Positions 38,267-48,669 of a stretch of 64,000 nt of DNA are shown piece after piece. The position numbers and the translations under genes are program-made. Position 1 is the stretch's first letter, and each line of letters begins with the position of its first letter. Below the pieces are notes generated by a model that did not search any database, was not told the DNA's origin, and saw only the letters and a program-made list of their open reading frames with translations. Origin of the DNA: Gemmatimonadota bacterium (GTDB lineage Bacteria > Gemmatimonadota > Gemmatimonadetes > Palauibacterales > Palauibacteraceae); assembly GCA_965116475.1 (NCBI GenBank), contig OZ220691.1:2965484-3029483 (forward strand), given 5' to 3'.

Positions 38267-39715
38267 ATGAGCGCAGGTTTCCGCAGAGCGAAGATCGTCA
38301 GCACGATCGGACCCGCCTCCTGGGATCCGGACGTGCTCCACGACCTGATTGAGGCCGGCACCGACGCAGCCCGCATCAACTTCACGCATACCCCCACGGA
38401 TCGCGCGGCCGGCCTGGTCCGGAGAATCTCCGACATGGCACGCGATGTCGGCCGGCCGGTGGCGATCATCGGAGACCTGGGCGGACCGAAGATCCGGGTC
38501 GGCGATCTGCCCGGCGACCAGCTCGATATCGAGCCCGAAGGCACGTACTGGTTCTTTCCCGAGGGCGAAGACGCTCCCGCCGGGAGCGCTCCGCACCGAC
38601 GGATTCCCACCACCTATCCGGAGCTGGCCGAGGAGGTCGCGCCCGGCAACCGGATTCTGCTCGACGATGGCCACTTCGAGTTCGCGGTCCGGGAAGTCTC
38701 CGATGACCCGCCGTGGGTCTCGGCCGTGGCGTTCAGTGCCGGGGTTCTCAAGTCGCAGAAGGGGATCAACCTCCCGGGCGTGCGGGTCGGGGCGCCGGCG
38801 CTGACCGAGAAGGACATCGCGGACATCGAGTTCTCCGTCGAACAGGTCATCGACTACCTGGCGCTGAGCTTCGTACGGCAGCCGTCCGACCTCGAAACGA
38901 CCCGCCAGAAGATGGACCGGGGGTGCCTGCTCATCGCGAAGATCGAGAAGTCGCAGGCGCTGGAGAACCTCGGGGAGATCCTGCCTCTGAGCGACGCCGT
39001 CATGGTCGCGCGGGGCGACCTCGGGGTGGAGCTGCCGTACGAGGAAGTGCCGATGATCCAGAAGCGGATCATTGGCCTGGCGCAGGAACGCGCGCGGCCG
39101 GTGATCACCGCGACGCAGATGCTGGAGTCGATGATCGAGAGCCCGCAGCCTACGCGGGCGGAGGTGTCGGACGTCGCGAACGCACTCCTCGACGGCACCG
39201 ACGCGGTGATGTTATCGGCCGAGACCGCCGCGGGCGGGTATCCGGTACAGGCCGTCCTCACGATGGACCGGATCATCCGTCGTATCGAGCACGAGCGGCT
39301 GGGACGGACCGGGCGGGCGGGCAAACAGGTGGAGGGTTTCTCGAAGATCCAGCAGACCACGTCGGGAGCGATCGCGGCGTCGTCGCTCATCGCGGTCGAG
39401 CGCGTCGGCGCGCCGTTCATCGTGACGTTCACGCAGAGCGGCTATACGGCCCGCATCGTGTCGGCGCAGCGTCCCTCCGTCCCGATCCTGGCGATCACGG
39501 ACCAGTGGCGGACGTACAACCAGCTGGCGCTCGTGTGGGGCGTGCAGCCGATCCTGTTCCACGGCGGCATCAGCTATTCGAGCATGCTCGACAAGGCCCG
39601 GGATGTGGCGCTCGAACTGGGCATGGGCGAGGCAGGGCAGCGTTTCGTGGTGACGGCCGGAGTCCCCTTCCACGTCCCCGGCACGACCAACATGATGCGC
39701 GTCGAAGAGTTGTGA
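38267..39715 (+). CDS. pyk: Pyruvate kinase
   Basis: KIVSTIGPAS, DLGGPKIR, AKIEK, MVARGDLGVE, TATQMLESM, DAVMLSAETA. Confidence 0.97.
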   Translation: MSAGFRRAKIVSTIGPASWDPDVLHDLIEAGTDAARINFTHTPTDRAAGLVRRISDMARDVGRPVAIIGDLGGPKIRVGDLPGDQLDIEPEGTYWFFPEGEDAPAGSAPHRRIPTTYPELAEEVAPGNRILLDDGHFEFAVREVSDDPPWVSAVAFSAGVLKSQKGINLPGVRVGAPALTEKDIADIEFSVEQVIDYLALSFVRQPSDLETTRQKMDRGCLLIAKIEKSQALENLGEILPLSDAVMVARGDLGVELPYEEVPMIQKRIIGLAQERARPVITATQMLESMIESPQPTRAEVSDVANALLDGTDAVMLSAETAAGGYPVQAVLTMDRIIRRIEHERLGRTGRAGKQVEGFSKIQQTTSGAIAASSLIAVERVGAPFIVTFTQSGYTARIVSAQRPSVPILAITDQWRTYNQLALVWGVQPILFHGGISYSSMLDKARDVALELGMGEAGQRFVVTAGVPFHVPGTTNMMRVEEL

Positions 39716-39745
39716 TCCGACTCTTCCGCCACTGACGCCCGGCCC

Positions 39746-40519
39746 GTGAGAGTCCGTTTTCTCGGCACCGGCACTTCCTTCGGGGTTCCGGTGCTCGGCT
39801 GCGACTGCGCGACCTGCCGCTCGCCGGACCCCAGGGACCGGCGCACGCGTCACGGACTCCTCATCGAGACCGGCGGGACCCGTCTCCTGGTGGACACGCC
39901 GCCGGAACTTCGGCTTCAACTGCTGCGGGCCGGCGTCGAGCGGCTGGACGCCGTCTTTCTGTCGCACGAGCACGCGGACCATACGCACGGCATCGACGAC
40001 CTCCGGGTCTTCTCGATGCGGCAGGGCCGGCCCCTCCCCCTGTACGTGGCGCGCGAGTTCGATGCCGGGATCCGGAGGCGCTTCTCCTATATCTGGGGCG
40101 ACGCCCGTCCCCAGCCGGGGTCCGCGGTGCCCCGACTCGATCTGACGCTCTTCGACGACCGCGACGTCATCGAGCCCGGCGGGCTCGCGCTGCGGGTCGT
40201 TGCGCTCCCGCACGGAGCGTACCGCAGCTACGGGTTCCGCTTCGGCGGTCTCGGGGTCCTGATCGACGCGAAGTCCGTGCCCGAGGACGCGATCGACGTG
40301 TTCGCGGGTGTCGACGTCCTCATCACGAACGCGCTCTGGTTCGGCGACCCGCACCCCGGACACTTCTCGATGGAGGAGGCCGTGGCGACGGCACGCCGAC
40401 TCGGGGCGGGACGCACCTACATCACGCACATCGCGCACCGAACGAGACACGAGGAAATCGAGCGACGGCTCCCGGCAGGCGTGTCCCCCGCGTACGACGG
40501 ACTGGTGGTGGAGCTGTGA
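39746..40519 (+). CDS. MBL-fold hydrolase, PhnP/LipB-like
   Basis: [42 protein letters not shown]. Confidence 0.9.
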   Translation: MRVRFLGTGTSFGVPVLGCDCATCRSPDPRDRRTRHGLLIETGGTRLLVDTPPELRLQLLRAGVERLDAVFLSHEHADHTHGIDDLRVFSMRQGRPLPLYVAREFDAGIRRRFSYIWGDARPQPGSAVPRLDLTLFDDRDVIEPGGLALRVVALPHGAYRSYGFRFGGLGVLIDAKSVPEDAIDVFAGVDVLITNALWFGDPHPGHFSMEEAVATARRLGAGRTYITHIAHRTRHEEIERRLPAGVSPAYDGLVVEL

Positions 40520-42330
40520 CCGCGGCCCCGGGCACGGAGCGCATCCGGAACTTCTCCATCATCGCGCACATCGATCACGGGAAGTCGACGCTGGCCGACC
40601 GATTGCTCGAGCGTACCGGCGCGGTGGACGAGCGCCGGATGCGGAAGCAGGTGCTCGACTCGATGGAACTCGAGCGGGAACGCGGAATCACGATCAAGCT
40701 CAACGCGATTCGCATGGCCTACGGCTACCGGGACGGCGCCGAGTATCAGCTCAACCTCATCGACACCCCGGGGCACGTCGACTTCGCCTACGAAGTGAGC
40801 CGCAGTCTCGCCGCGTGCGAGGGGGCCCTCCTCGTCGTCGACGCCACGCAGGGCATCGAGGCGCAGACGCTCGCGAACCTCTTCCTCGCCCTGGAGGCGG
40901 ACCTCGAGGTCGTCCCCGTCGTCAACAAGATCGATCTCCCGGCGGCCGACCCGGAACGCGTGGCGGCGGAGATATCGGAGTTGCTCGGTGTGGATCCCGC
41001 CTCGACGATCCATACCTCCGCCAAGGAAGGGGTGGGGGTCGACGCGGTTCTCGACGCCATCGTCGAGCGCGTCCCGGCCCCGCGCGGCGACCCCGAGGCG
41101 CCGCTGCGGGCGCTGATCTTCGACTCGCAGTACGACCGCTACCGCGGAGCGATGCCCATGCTGCGCGTCGTGGACGGCGAACTGCGCGAAGGCATGCGCA
41201 TCGGATTCGGGCGCCACGAAGCGGTGTACGAGGTCGACGAGGTCGGCTTCATGCGTCTCGGCTTCGAGCGCACCGGCGCCCTCCGTTGCGGGGAGGTCGG
41301 GTACCTCACGGCCCAGATCAAGAAGGTGGGCCATACGCGCGTCGGCGATACGGTGCTGGACGCGGGTGACCGCGCCGCGGAGGTCCTCCCCGGCTACCGG
41401 GAAGCGAAGCCGATGGTCTTCGCCGGCCTCTATCCGACGGACTCCGACCAGTTCGAGGAACTCCGCGAGGCGCTCGAGAAGCTCCAGTTGAACGACGCCA
41501 GCCTCCACTACGAGCCGGAGACATCGGGCGCGCTCGGCTTCGGGTTCCGGTGCGGCTTCCTGGGGCTCCTCCACCTGGAGATCGTACAGGAGAGACTGGA
41601 CCGCGAGTTCGGCGTCGACCTCATCACGACGCTGCCCAGCGTGGAGTACCAGGTGACGCTCACGAACGACGACGAGATCCAGCTCGAAAACCCGTCGAAG
41701 ATGCCGGACCGCGTCCATATCAGCGAAGTGCGGGAGCCCTTCGTCCGGGTTCGCGTCGTGTCGCCGGCCGACTACATCGGCGCGATCCAGAAGATCTGCC
41801 ACGACCGGCGCGGGAAGTACGTCGACCTCCAGTACCTGGATCCCACCCGGGTCGAGATCTCGTATTCGATGCCCCTCGGCGAGATCGTGCTCGATTTCTA
41901 CGATAAGCTGAAGTCCGTCTCTCGCGGGTACGCTTCGCTCGACTACGAAGTGACGGGCCACGAGCGTTCGGATCTGGTGAAGCTGGATATCCTCCTCAAC
42001 GGGGCGGCCGTGGACGCGCTGAGCGTCATCGTGCACCGGAGCCGGGCCTACGACTTCGGGCAGAAGATGGCCCGCAAGCTCAAGGAACTCATCCCCCGGC
42101 AACTGTTCGACGTGGCGATCCAGGCCGCGATCGGGCGGGACGTGATCGCGAGGACCACGGTGAAGGCGCTGCGCAAGAACGTGACCGCCAAGTGCTACGG
42201 AGGCGACATCACGAGAAAGCGAAAGCTGCTCGAGAAGCAGAGGGAGGGGAAGCGGCGCATGAAGCAGGTCGGAAGCGTCGAGATCCCCCAGGAGGCCTTT
42301 CTCGCCGTCCTGCAGGTCGAAAACGACTAG
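40516..42330 (+). CDS. lepA: Elongation factor 4
   Basis: [56 protein letters not shown]. Confidence 0.98.
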   Translation: MTAAPGTERIRNFSIIAHIDHGKSTLADRLLERTGAVDERRMRKQVLDSMELERERGITIKLNAIRMAYGYRDGAEYQLNLIDTPGHVDFAYEVSRSLAACEGALLVVDATQGIEAQTLANLFLALEADLEVVPVVNKIDLPAADPERVAAEISELLGVDPASTIHTSAKEGVGVDAVLDAIVERVPAPRGDPEAPLRALIFDSQYDRYRGAMPMLRVVDGELREGMRIGFGRHEAVYEVDEVGFMRLGFERTGALRCGEVGYLTAQIKKVGHTRVGDTVLDAGDRAAEVLPGYREAKPMVFAGLYPTDSDQFEELREALEKLQLNDASLHYEPETSGALGFGFRCGFLGLLHLEIVQERLDREFGVDLITTLPSVEYQVTLTNDDEIQLENPSKMPDRVHISEVREPFVRVRVVSPADYIGAIQKICHDRRGKYVDLQYLDPTRVEISYSMPLGEIVLDFYDKLKSVSRGYASLDYEVTGHERSDLVKLDILLNGAAVDALSVIVHRSRAYDFGQKMARKLKELIPRQLFDVAIQAAIGRDVIARTTVKALRKNVTAKCYGGDITRKRKLLEKQREGKRRMKQVGSVEIPQEAFLAVLQVEND

Positions 42331-42395
42331 TGTTATGATGCTCCGAGGCGCGGTCGGCGGCGCGTAGTTCCACCAGCGAGATGCGGGTAGGGGAT

Positions 42396-43388
42396 GTGAG
42401 CGGAAGAAAGCACATCATCGGTGTCGATCTGGGGGGGACCACGATCAACGTCGGCGCCGTCCCGGTGGACGGCGGCACCGTGCTCGGCATGCGTACCCTG
42501 CCCACGGATGCCCACATCGGCGCAAAATTCGTCGTGGACCGGATCGTGTCGATGATTCGCGAAGTGGCCCGCGATGCCGCGCGCGAGGGCGGATTCGGGG
42601 AGGACGCGATCGTGGGGGTCGGGATGGGGGCGCCCGGGCCGCTGGACCGCGAGACGGGCACGGTGATCGAGACGCCGAACCTCGGGTGGCGGAACTTCCC
42701 GCTGCGCGACCTGATCGCGAAGGGGACGGGACTCGACGCCGAACTCGACAACGACGCGAACGCCGCCACGCTCGGGGAGTGGTGGCGGGGCGCGGGGCGC
42801 GGGGTCGACAACCTCGTGGGCATCACTCTGGGGACGGGGATCGGGGGCGGCATCGTACTCGACGGCGAACTCTACCACGGGGCCTCGGATGCGGCCGCGG
42901 AGATCGGACACATGACGATCGACTCCACGGGGCGGAAGTGCGCGTGCGGCAGCTACGGTTGCCTCGAAGCCTACGCTTCGGGGCCCGCGATCGCGGCCCG
43001 CGCGGTGGAAGGACTGGAGGCGGGTGCCGAGAGCATGCTCCTGGACCTGGTGGACGGCGACCTGCGGGCGGTTACGGCCGAAGCGGTATCCGATGCCATC
43101 GTAGCGGGCGACCAGTATGCCGCCGACGTGATGCGGGAGACGGCGGGGTATCTCGGGACCGGCCTCGCGAACCTCATCAACATTCTCAACCCGGAGATGA
43201 TCGTGGTTTCCGGGGGCGTGACGCGCGCGGGCAAGCACCTCTTCGATCCCCTGCGCCGCGAGGTCAGGAAGCGGGCGCTGCAGCCGGCGGCCGAGGCGTG
43301 CCGGATCGTGCGCACCGAACTCGGTGGCCTGGCGGGCGTCATCGGCGCCGCCGCCGTGTTCCGCGTCGCGCGGCTCGGACCCCTCTGA
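42396..43388 (+). CDS. ROK family sugar kinase (glucokinase/GlcNAc kinase-like)
   Basis: GVDLGGT, NDANAA, GTGIGGG, EIGH, CACGSYGCLEAYASG; TGTTATGAT extended -10 just after lepA. Confidence 0.92.
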   Translation: MSGRKHIIGVDLGGTTINVGAVPVDGGTVLGMRTLPTDAHIGAKFVVDRIVSMIREVARDAAREGGFGEDAIVGVGMGAPGPLDRETGTVIETPNLGWRNFPLRDLIAKGTGLDAELDNDANAATLGEWWRGAGRGVDNLVGITLGTGIGGGIVLDGELYHGASDAAAEIGHMTIDSTGRKCACGSYGCLEAYASGPAIAARAVEGLEAGAESMLLDLVDGDLRAVTAEAVSDAIVAGDQYAADVMRETAGYLGTGLANLINILNPEMIVVSGGVTRAGKHLFDPLRREVRKRALQPAAEACRIVRTELGGLAGVIGAAAVFRVARLGPL

Positions 43389-43395
43389 GCGCCGA

Positions 43396-44421
43396 ATGCC
43401 GCGGCTCGGCGTCGTAGGGACGATGGTGTGGGATACGATCCGCGCACGGGACGTCGGCCGGGACGGTCCGGTCGAGGAATGGGGAGGGATCGCCTACGCG
43501 CTGGCCGCGGCCGACGCCGCCGCGGCAGCTGCCGGGGAAGGCTGGACCCTGTTTCCGATTCTCAAGGTCGGGAAGGACATGCGAGAGGCGGCGGACCTCT
43601 TCCTCGGGGGGCTCGCACGCGTCGATTCCTTTGACGGCGTGTGGACCGTGGCGGAACCGAACAACCGGGTCGAACTCATCTACCTGGACGACGCGCGGCG
43701 CTCCGAGAAGCTCACCGGCGGCGTGCCGGGCTGGACCCGCGACGAACTCGTGCCCCTCGCACGCTCGTGCGACGCGATCTACGTGAACTTCATCGCGGGT
43801 TGGGAGGTCGACCTCCCGGCCGCCGCGGCCCTGCGGACGGCGGCGGAGGGTCCGGTCTACGCGGATCTGCACTCGTTGATGCTCGGCGTGGGGGTGGACG
43901 GGGTGCGCTCGCCGCGTCCGCTCGAAGACTGGCGCGCCTGGCTCTCCTGTTTCGATGTCGTGCAACTGAACGAGGAGGAACTCGGCACGCTGGCGGCGGG
44001 CTGGGAAGATCCCTGGGCGCTTGCCGCGGACGTCGTGGGTCCGGTCACGCGCGGCCTCCTCGTCACGCTCGGCGAGCGCGGCGCCGCCTGGGTCGCGACC
44101 CGCAGCTTCTGGGAGGCGCCGACGGAGCCGCGCCCGCCGCCCGGCGCCGTGGCGCCCGCGGAAGCGCTCGTGAGCGGAAAGGTGGAGCCCGAGGTCCGGG
44201 TGTCGGGGGGTGACCCGACCGGCTGCGGCGACGTGTGGGGGGCGACGTGCTTCGTGACGATGCTGAGCGGCGAGGATCTCGAGTCGTCCGTCCGGGCGGC
44301 GACGCGGGCCGCGCAACGGAACGCCGGATTCCGCGGCGCATCCGGGCTCGGCGAATACCTGCGCTCCGAGACCGGCGTCCTCACGGGCGGGGCGGGGAGC
44401 CGGGAGCGGGGGTCGACGTGA
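43396..44421 (+). CDS. PfkB/ribokinase-like carbohydrate kinase (divergent)
   Basis: WGGIAY, QLNEEE, VTLGERGA, DPTGCGDVWG. Confidence 0.75.
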   Translation: MPRLGVVGTMVWDTIRARDVGRDGPVEEWGGIAYALAAADAAAAAAGEGWTLFPILKVGKDMREAADLFLGGLARVDSFDGVWTVAEPNNRVELIYLDDARRSEKLTGGVPGWTRDELVPLARSCDAIYVNFIAGWEVDLPAAAALRTAAEGPVYADLHSLMLGVGVDGVRSPRPLEDWRAWLSCFDVVQLNEEELGTLAAGWEDPWALAADVVGPVTRGLLVTLGERGAAWVATRSFWEAPTEPRPPPGAVAPAEALVSGKVEPEVRVSGGDPTGCGDVWGATCFVTMLSGEDLESSVRAATRAAQRNAGFRGASGLGEYLRSETGVLTGGAGSRERGST

Positions 44422-45320
44422 GCCGGGTCGTCCGCGTCCCCGAACGTCTGGACGAGTCGTCCTTCGAGACGCTGGTCCGGCGCATCCGCTCGGAAGGCAA
44501 CCCGAAGGCGCGTCTCCTGCTCGATGCCCGCTCCGTCGGCTGGGTGTCGCCGTACGGGCTCATCGGCCTCCTGGCGGTCGGTCAGGAGGCGCGCCTGCGC
44601 ACGGGGCTGCCTCCGCTGATCGAGCCTCCGCGGGACTCCGAGGTCCGCTCCTACATCAACCGCATGCGCTTCTGGCCCGCCGCCGCCCAGGTGTTCGACC
44701 TGAAGCGGCTGCCGAAGCCGTCGCTCGAGATCTCCGACGCCCTCATCGAAGTCACGACGATCCGCTCCCACGAGGATGTCCATTCCGTCGTGGAGGGCGT
44801 GCGGGACCGGGCCCAGCGCATCCTGCACGACCGGCTCGGCTACCCCCGGCCGGCCGTGATCCACTTCTCCGTCATGCTGTCGGAAGTGTGCCAGAACATC
44901 CTCGAACACGCCGATTCGATCGGCTGGGTGTGTGCGCAGCGGTACAGGTGGCAGCGGCGTCTCGGCCGCGATGTCGTCGTGCTCGCCGTGATGGACGTGG
45001 GCGTCGGCTTCGAGGGCTCCCTGGGCGCCGAGCATGCGCGCCGCTACGGAGAGCGATGGTCCGCGGCCGCGGCGCTGAAGGCGGCCTTTCTGCACGGGGA
45101 GTCGCGCTTCCCGGATCCCGGTCGCGGCCAGGGCCTGCAGGCGATCCGAAGCCAGATCATCAAGTGGAACGGCGCCATCCGCATCCGGAGCGGCGATGCG
45201 AGTATCGCCAGGGTGGCCGACTGGGACGAAGGCGAGCCGCTCAGCACGGACCTGCCGCGTTTTCCCGGCGCTCAGGTGCTGATCGTCCTGCCCGAGCGGG
45301 TCGAGGGAGAAAGGACGTGA
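44418..45320 (+). CDS. STAS-like plus HATPase_c protein (anti-sigma-type kinase-like)
   Basis: N-terminal LLDARSVGWVSP; N-box EVCQNILEHA, G1 DVGVG, G2 GRGQGL, G3 FPGAQV; no HisKA domain or TM segment. Confidence 0.8.
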   Translation: MSRVVRVPERLDESSFETLVRRIRSEGNPKARLLLDARSVGWVSPYGLIGLLAVGQEARLRTGLPPLIEPPRDSEVRSYINRMRFWPAAAQVFDLKRLPKPSLEISDALIEVTTIRSHEDVHSVVEGVRDRAQRILHDRLGYPRPAVIHFSVMLSEVCQNILEHADSIGWVCAQRYRWQRRLGRDVVVLAVMDVGVGFEGSLGAEHARRYGERWSAAAALKAAFLHGESRFPDPGRGQGLQAIRSQIIKWNGAIRIRSGDASIARVADWDEGEPLSTDLPRFPGAQVLIVLPERVEGERT

Positions 45321-45324
45321 TCGG

Positions 45325-45900
45325 GTGAGGCCGGCGGTCGCCCACACGACGCTGTTCAGCTACCTCGTGACGCGTCCCACCGGCCGGACGGTGCGGGCGA
45401 CGGTCGAACGCCAGATCGCCGACGCGGGGTGCACCGTTCTTGCGGTACTCGACCTGCGCCACGTCCCCGTGATCGACTTTTCCTGCGCGGACGAGATCGT
45501 CGCGAAGCTCGTCCTGCTCGCGTCCGATGCCTCTGCGCGCCGGTCGTTCATCCTCTTCCGCGGGATCGCGGAGCACCACTTCGGACCCATCGACTCGGTT
45601 CTCCGGCACCGGGGGCTTGCGGCCGCGGCCGAGAGTGCCGACGGGGAACCGTTGCTGATGGGCGTGCTCGATGCCGGCGCCACCGCGGTGTGGCGCGAGG
45701 TCTGGAGTCTGGGCCGCACGGGAGCGTCCCCGCTCGCCGACCGGCTCGAACTTCCCCTCGACCTGGTACGCGGGCTGCTCGATGACCTTGTCGCCAGAGC
45801 GCTCGTGATCCGGGACGGCGAGCGTTACGTCTCGCTTCGTCACGCCCTGCTCGATGCGGAGCCGCCATCTCCTCCTCGCACGGACGACCCGCACCCATGA
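45325..45900 (+). CDS. STAS-like domain plus C-terminal winged-helix protein
   Basis: LDLRHVPVIDFSCADEIVAKL (STAS-like Ser motif); LADRLELPLDLVRGLLDDLVARALV (wHTH-like). Confidence 0.65.
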   Translation: MRPAVAHTTLFSYLVTRPTGRTVRATVERQIADAGCTVLAVLDLRHVPVIDFSCADEIVAKLVLLASDASARRSFILFRGIAEHHFGPIDSVLRHRGLAAAAESADGEPLLMGVLDAGATAVWREVWSLGRTGASPLADRLELPLDLVRGLLDDLVARALVIRDGERYVSLRHALLDAEPPSPPRTDDPHP

Positions 45901-48296
45901 GCCTTCGGCGCCGCGCCGGTGTCGTGCTGGCGGCCGGCCTCGTGATCGTGGGGGCCCTCACGACGTTTGCGTGGTTCCACCTCCAGCGATCCATGCAGGC
46001 GAGATCCGGCCGGCATGTCCTCCCGGGTCTGGCGGCACCCGCCGCGGTCACATTCGACGAGTGGGCGATTCCCTCCATCTCCGCCGGCACCGAACTCGAC
46101 GTCCTGCGCGTTCAGGGGTTCGTACACGCCTCCGACCGGTTGTGGCAGATGGAGCTCTTCCAGCGGGTCGCGCGCGGACGCCTGGCCGAACTCTTCGGTC
46201 CGGCCGCCCTCGACGCGGACCGTCTCATGCGTACCCTGGACCTCTGGTCGGCGGCGGGCCGTGAACTCGACGCCATGGCGGAGACGGAGCGGGCCCTCCT
46301 CGAGGCGTACGCGGAGGGCGTCAACGCCCGCATCGCGAGCTGGCGTGGCCCCCGGCCCCCCGAGTTCCTCATCCTCGGCATCGAACCGCAGCCCTGGAGT
46401 CCGCAGGCGTCCCTTTCGATCGGGCGCATCATGTCGCTGGATCTCTCCGACTGGCGGGAGGAACTCGACCGGATGACCGCGCTCGCGACGCTCGACGCGG
46501 ATCACCGGCGGGCGCTCGGGGCCGGATACCCGGCCTGGGGGCCCACCATCCTCCAGGACACGCTTCCCTCCGGCACGCCGCCGCCGCGCCTCGCCTCGGC
46601 GGAGACTCCGATTCTTCCGGATCCGAGCGTCGCGGTTTCGTCTCCCGACCCTCTGATCCAACTCTCCCGCTTCGGCTTCCACGCCTCGAACTCCTGGGCG
46701 CTGGCGGGATCGCGCACGGCGGACGGCGCCCCGCTGCTCGCCAACGACATGCACCTCGCCCTCCGGGCGCCCTCCACCTGGTACCTGAACTCCCTCGCGG
46801 CCGAGGATTCGGACCTGGCCGTCGCGGGCCTCTCGATCCCGGGCACCCCCGGCGTCATCGTCGGACTCAACCGGGATGTCGCATGGTCGTTCACGAACGC
46901 GATGGTGGACGACGCGGACTTCGTCGTGGAAGGCATCAACCTCGACGGGTCGATGTATCGCGACTCCGGCGACTGGCGGCCCTTCGAGACCCGGACGGAG
47001 GAGATCCGCGTACGGGGGCGCGGCGAGCCGGAAAGCTGGGTCGTACGTTCGACCGCGCGCGGCCCGGTGATCACGGACGTCGTGCCGGCGGGAGGACTCA
47101 CGCTGTCGCTGCTGTGGACGGGACTCGAACCCGGGGGCCCCTTCGCGGCGCTCCTCGAGATGAACCGTGCCTCCGACGCGGACGCGTTCGTGGCCGCGGT
47201 CGCGGGTTTTCGTTCGCCTCACCAGAACGTGATCTACGCGGCGTCGAGCGGAGAGATCGGCTACCGCATGGCGGGGTCCGTGCCCCTGCGCCCGCCTGGG
47301 GAGGGTGCCTCCCCGATCTCCTTCGAGCGCCTGCCCGCCGGCTGGCCGGGCTTCTGGCCGCCGGAAGCGATGCCCGTGCTGCGAGATCCGGAGCGGGGGT
47401 ATCTCGTCAGCGCGAACAACCTCCAGGCGTGGCCCCTGTTCGGACGAATAGGCGTCTACTATCCGCCGCCGTTCCGGGCGCGGCGCATCGATGACCTCGT
47501 GTCTCGCGCATCGGGCTGGACGGTGGAGGACATGCGCAGGACGCAACTGGACAGCCACAGCCTCTGGGCCGAGCGCTACCGGCCGCGCGCCGTCCGCGCC
47601 GCCCGCCGGGCGGGCCTCGATTCACTCGGGCTCGTGTTCGAGCGCTGGGACCTGCGTACCGAAACGGAGTCTCGGGGCGCCGTGCCCTTCTTCACCTGGC
47701 TCTACCGCCTTCGCGAACTCATCGTCGCCGACGAGTACGATGACGGCGACGGGTGGTTCCCGGATCTCGCCTTCATGGAGATCGTCGAAACCGGCGACAG
47801 CGCCTGGATCGACGATGCGCGCACGCCGGAAGTCGAGCGCCTCGAGGCGCTGGAAGAAGAGGCGGCTCGCACTGCGGCGACCGTGGCGGGACGTTCGTGG
47901 GGAGAGGTCCATCGCGAACGGTCGGCTCACCCGCTCGGAACCGTGGCGTGGCTCGACCGCCTGTTCGGTTTCCACGTCGGGCCCTATCCGTCGCGGGGCG
48001 GCCCCCACACGGTTCGCCCCGACGCTCCGTCGCTGAGATCGCGCCTCGACTCCACCGCGTGGAAGTTCCCCGTCGTGAGCGAATACGGCCCCAGCGCGAG
48101 ATTCATTGCCCGCGCCGCGCCGGCCAACATGACGGGCTATTTCCTGCTGCCCACCGGCCAGGCCGGGAACCCGCTCGATCCGCACTATCGGGACATGGGC
48201 GCCGTGTGGACCGGGAGTCCGCTCATCGAACTCCGCCCGGGCCGGCCGTCCGCCACGGCGGAAGGCGAACTCCTTTTTCGGCCTGGCTCTCGTTGA
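45897..48296 (+). CDS. Penicillin acylase family Ntn-hydrolase (S45)
   Basis: N-terminal TM, QGFVHASDRLWQME, catalytic ASNSWAL, LLANDMHL, SANN, GQAGNP.DPHY.D. Confidence 0.93.
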   Translation: MSLRRRAGVVLAAGLVIVGALTTFAWFHLQRSMQARSGRHVLPGLAAPAAVTFDEWAIPSISAGTELDVLRVQGFVHASDRLWQMELFQRVARGRLAELFGPAALDADRLMRTLDLWSAAGRELDAMAETERALLEAYAEGVNARIASWRGPRPPEFLILGIEPQPWSPQASLSIGRIMSLDLSDWREELDRMTALATLDADHRRALGAGYPAWGPTILQDTLPSGTPPPRLASAETPILPDPSVAVSSPDPLIQLSRFGFHASNSWALAGSRTADGAPLLANDMHLALRAPSTWYLNSLAAEDSDLAVAGLSIPGTPGVIVGLNRDVAWSFTNAMVDDADFVVEGINLDGSMYRDSGDWRPFETRTEEIRVRGRGEPESWVVRSTARGPVITDVVPAGGLTLSLLWTGLEPGGPFAALLEMNRASDADAFVAAVAGFRSPHQNVIYAASSGEIGYRMAGSVPLRPPGEGASPISFERLPAGWPGFWPPEAMPVLRDPERGYLVSANNLQAWPLFGRIGVYYPPPFRARRIDDLVSRASGWTVEDMRRTQLDSHSLWAERYRPRAVRAARRAGLDSLGLVFERWDLRTETESRGAVPFFTWLYRLRELIVADEYDDGDGWFPDLAFMEIVETGDSAWIDDARTPEVERLEALEEEAARTAATVAGRSWGEVHRERSAHPLGTVAWLDRLFGFHVGPYPSRGGPHTVRPDAPSLRSRLDSTAWKFPVVSEYGPSARFIARAAPANMTGYFLLPTGQAGNPLDPHYRDMGAVWTGSPLIELRPGRPSATAEGELLFRPGSR

Positions 48297-48403
48297 CCGC
48301 CGGACGGTGGAATCCTACCTTCCTCAAGCCCTCCGGAACGTCGACTTCGGGGTATCCGCGGGGCACGAAACGCTCCGCTGACCCGCGCCAGGATCCAGAC
48401 GAT

Positions 48404-48655
48404 TTGAGCACCGCCACCGTTGAGAATGCGCTCGACGAGATCGAGAGAGCCCTCGACGACATCCGTCCCGCGGTGCGTTCGGATGGCGGCGACATTCAGC
48501 TCGTTTCGTTCGACGCGGAGAGCGGCCGCGTTGCCGTCCGGCTGGTAGGGGCCTGCTACGACTGTCCCATGTCGACCGCCACGCTTCGTGCCGGGATCGA
48601 ACAGCATCTCTGCCATGCGCTCCGCACGGTCCATTCCGTCGAGGCCGTCGCGTAG
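48404..48655 (+). CDS. NifU/NfuA C-terminal domain Fe-S protein
   Basis: IRPAVRSDGGDI, GACYDCPMSTATL..GIE. Confidence 0.88.
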   Translation: MSTATVENALDEIERALDDIRPAVRSDGGDIQLVSFDAESGRVAVRLVGACYDCPMSTATLRAGIEQHLCHALRTVHSVEAVA

Positions 48656-48669
48656 TCGAGCGCCAACCC

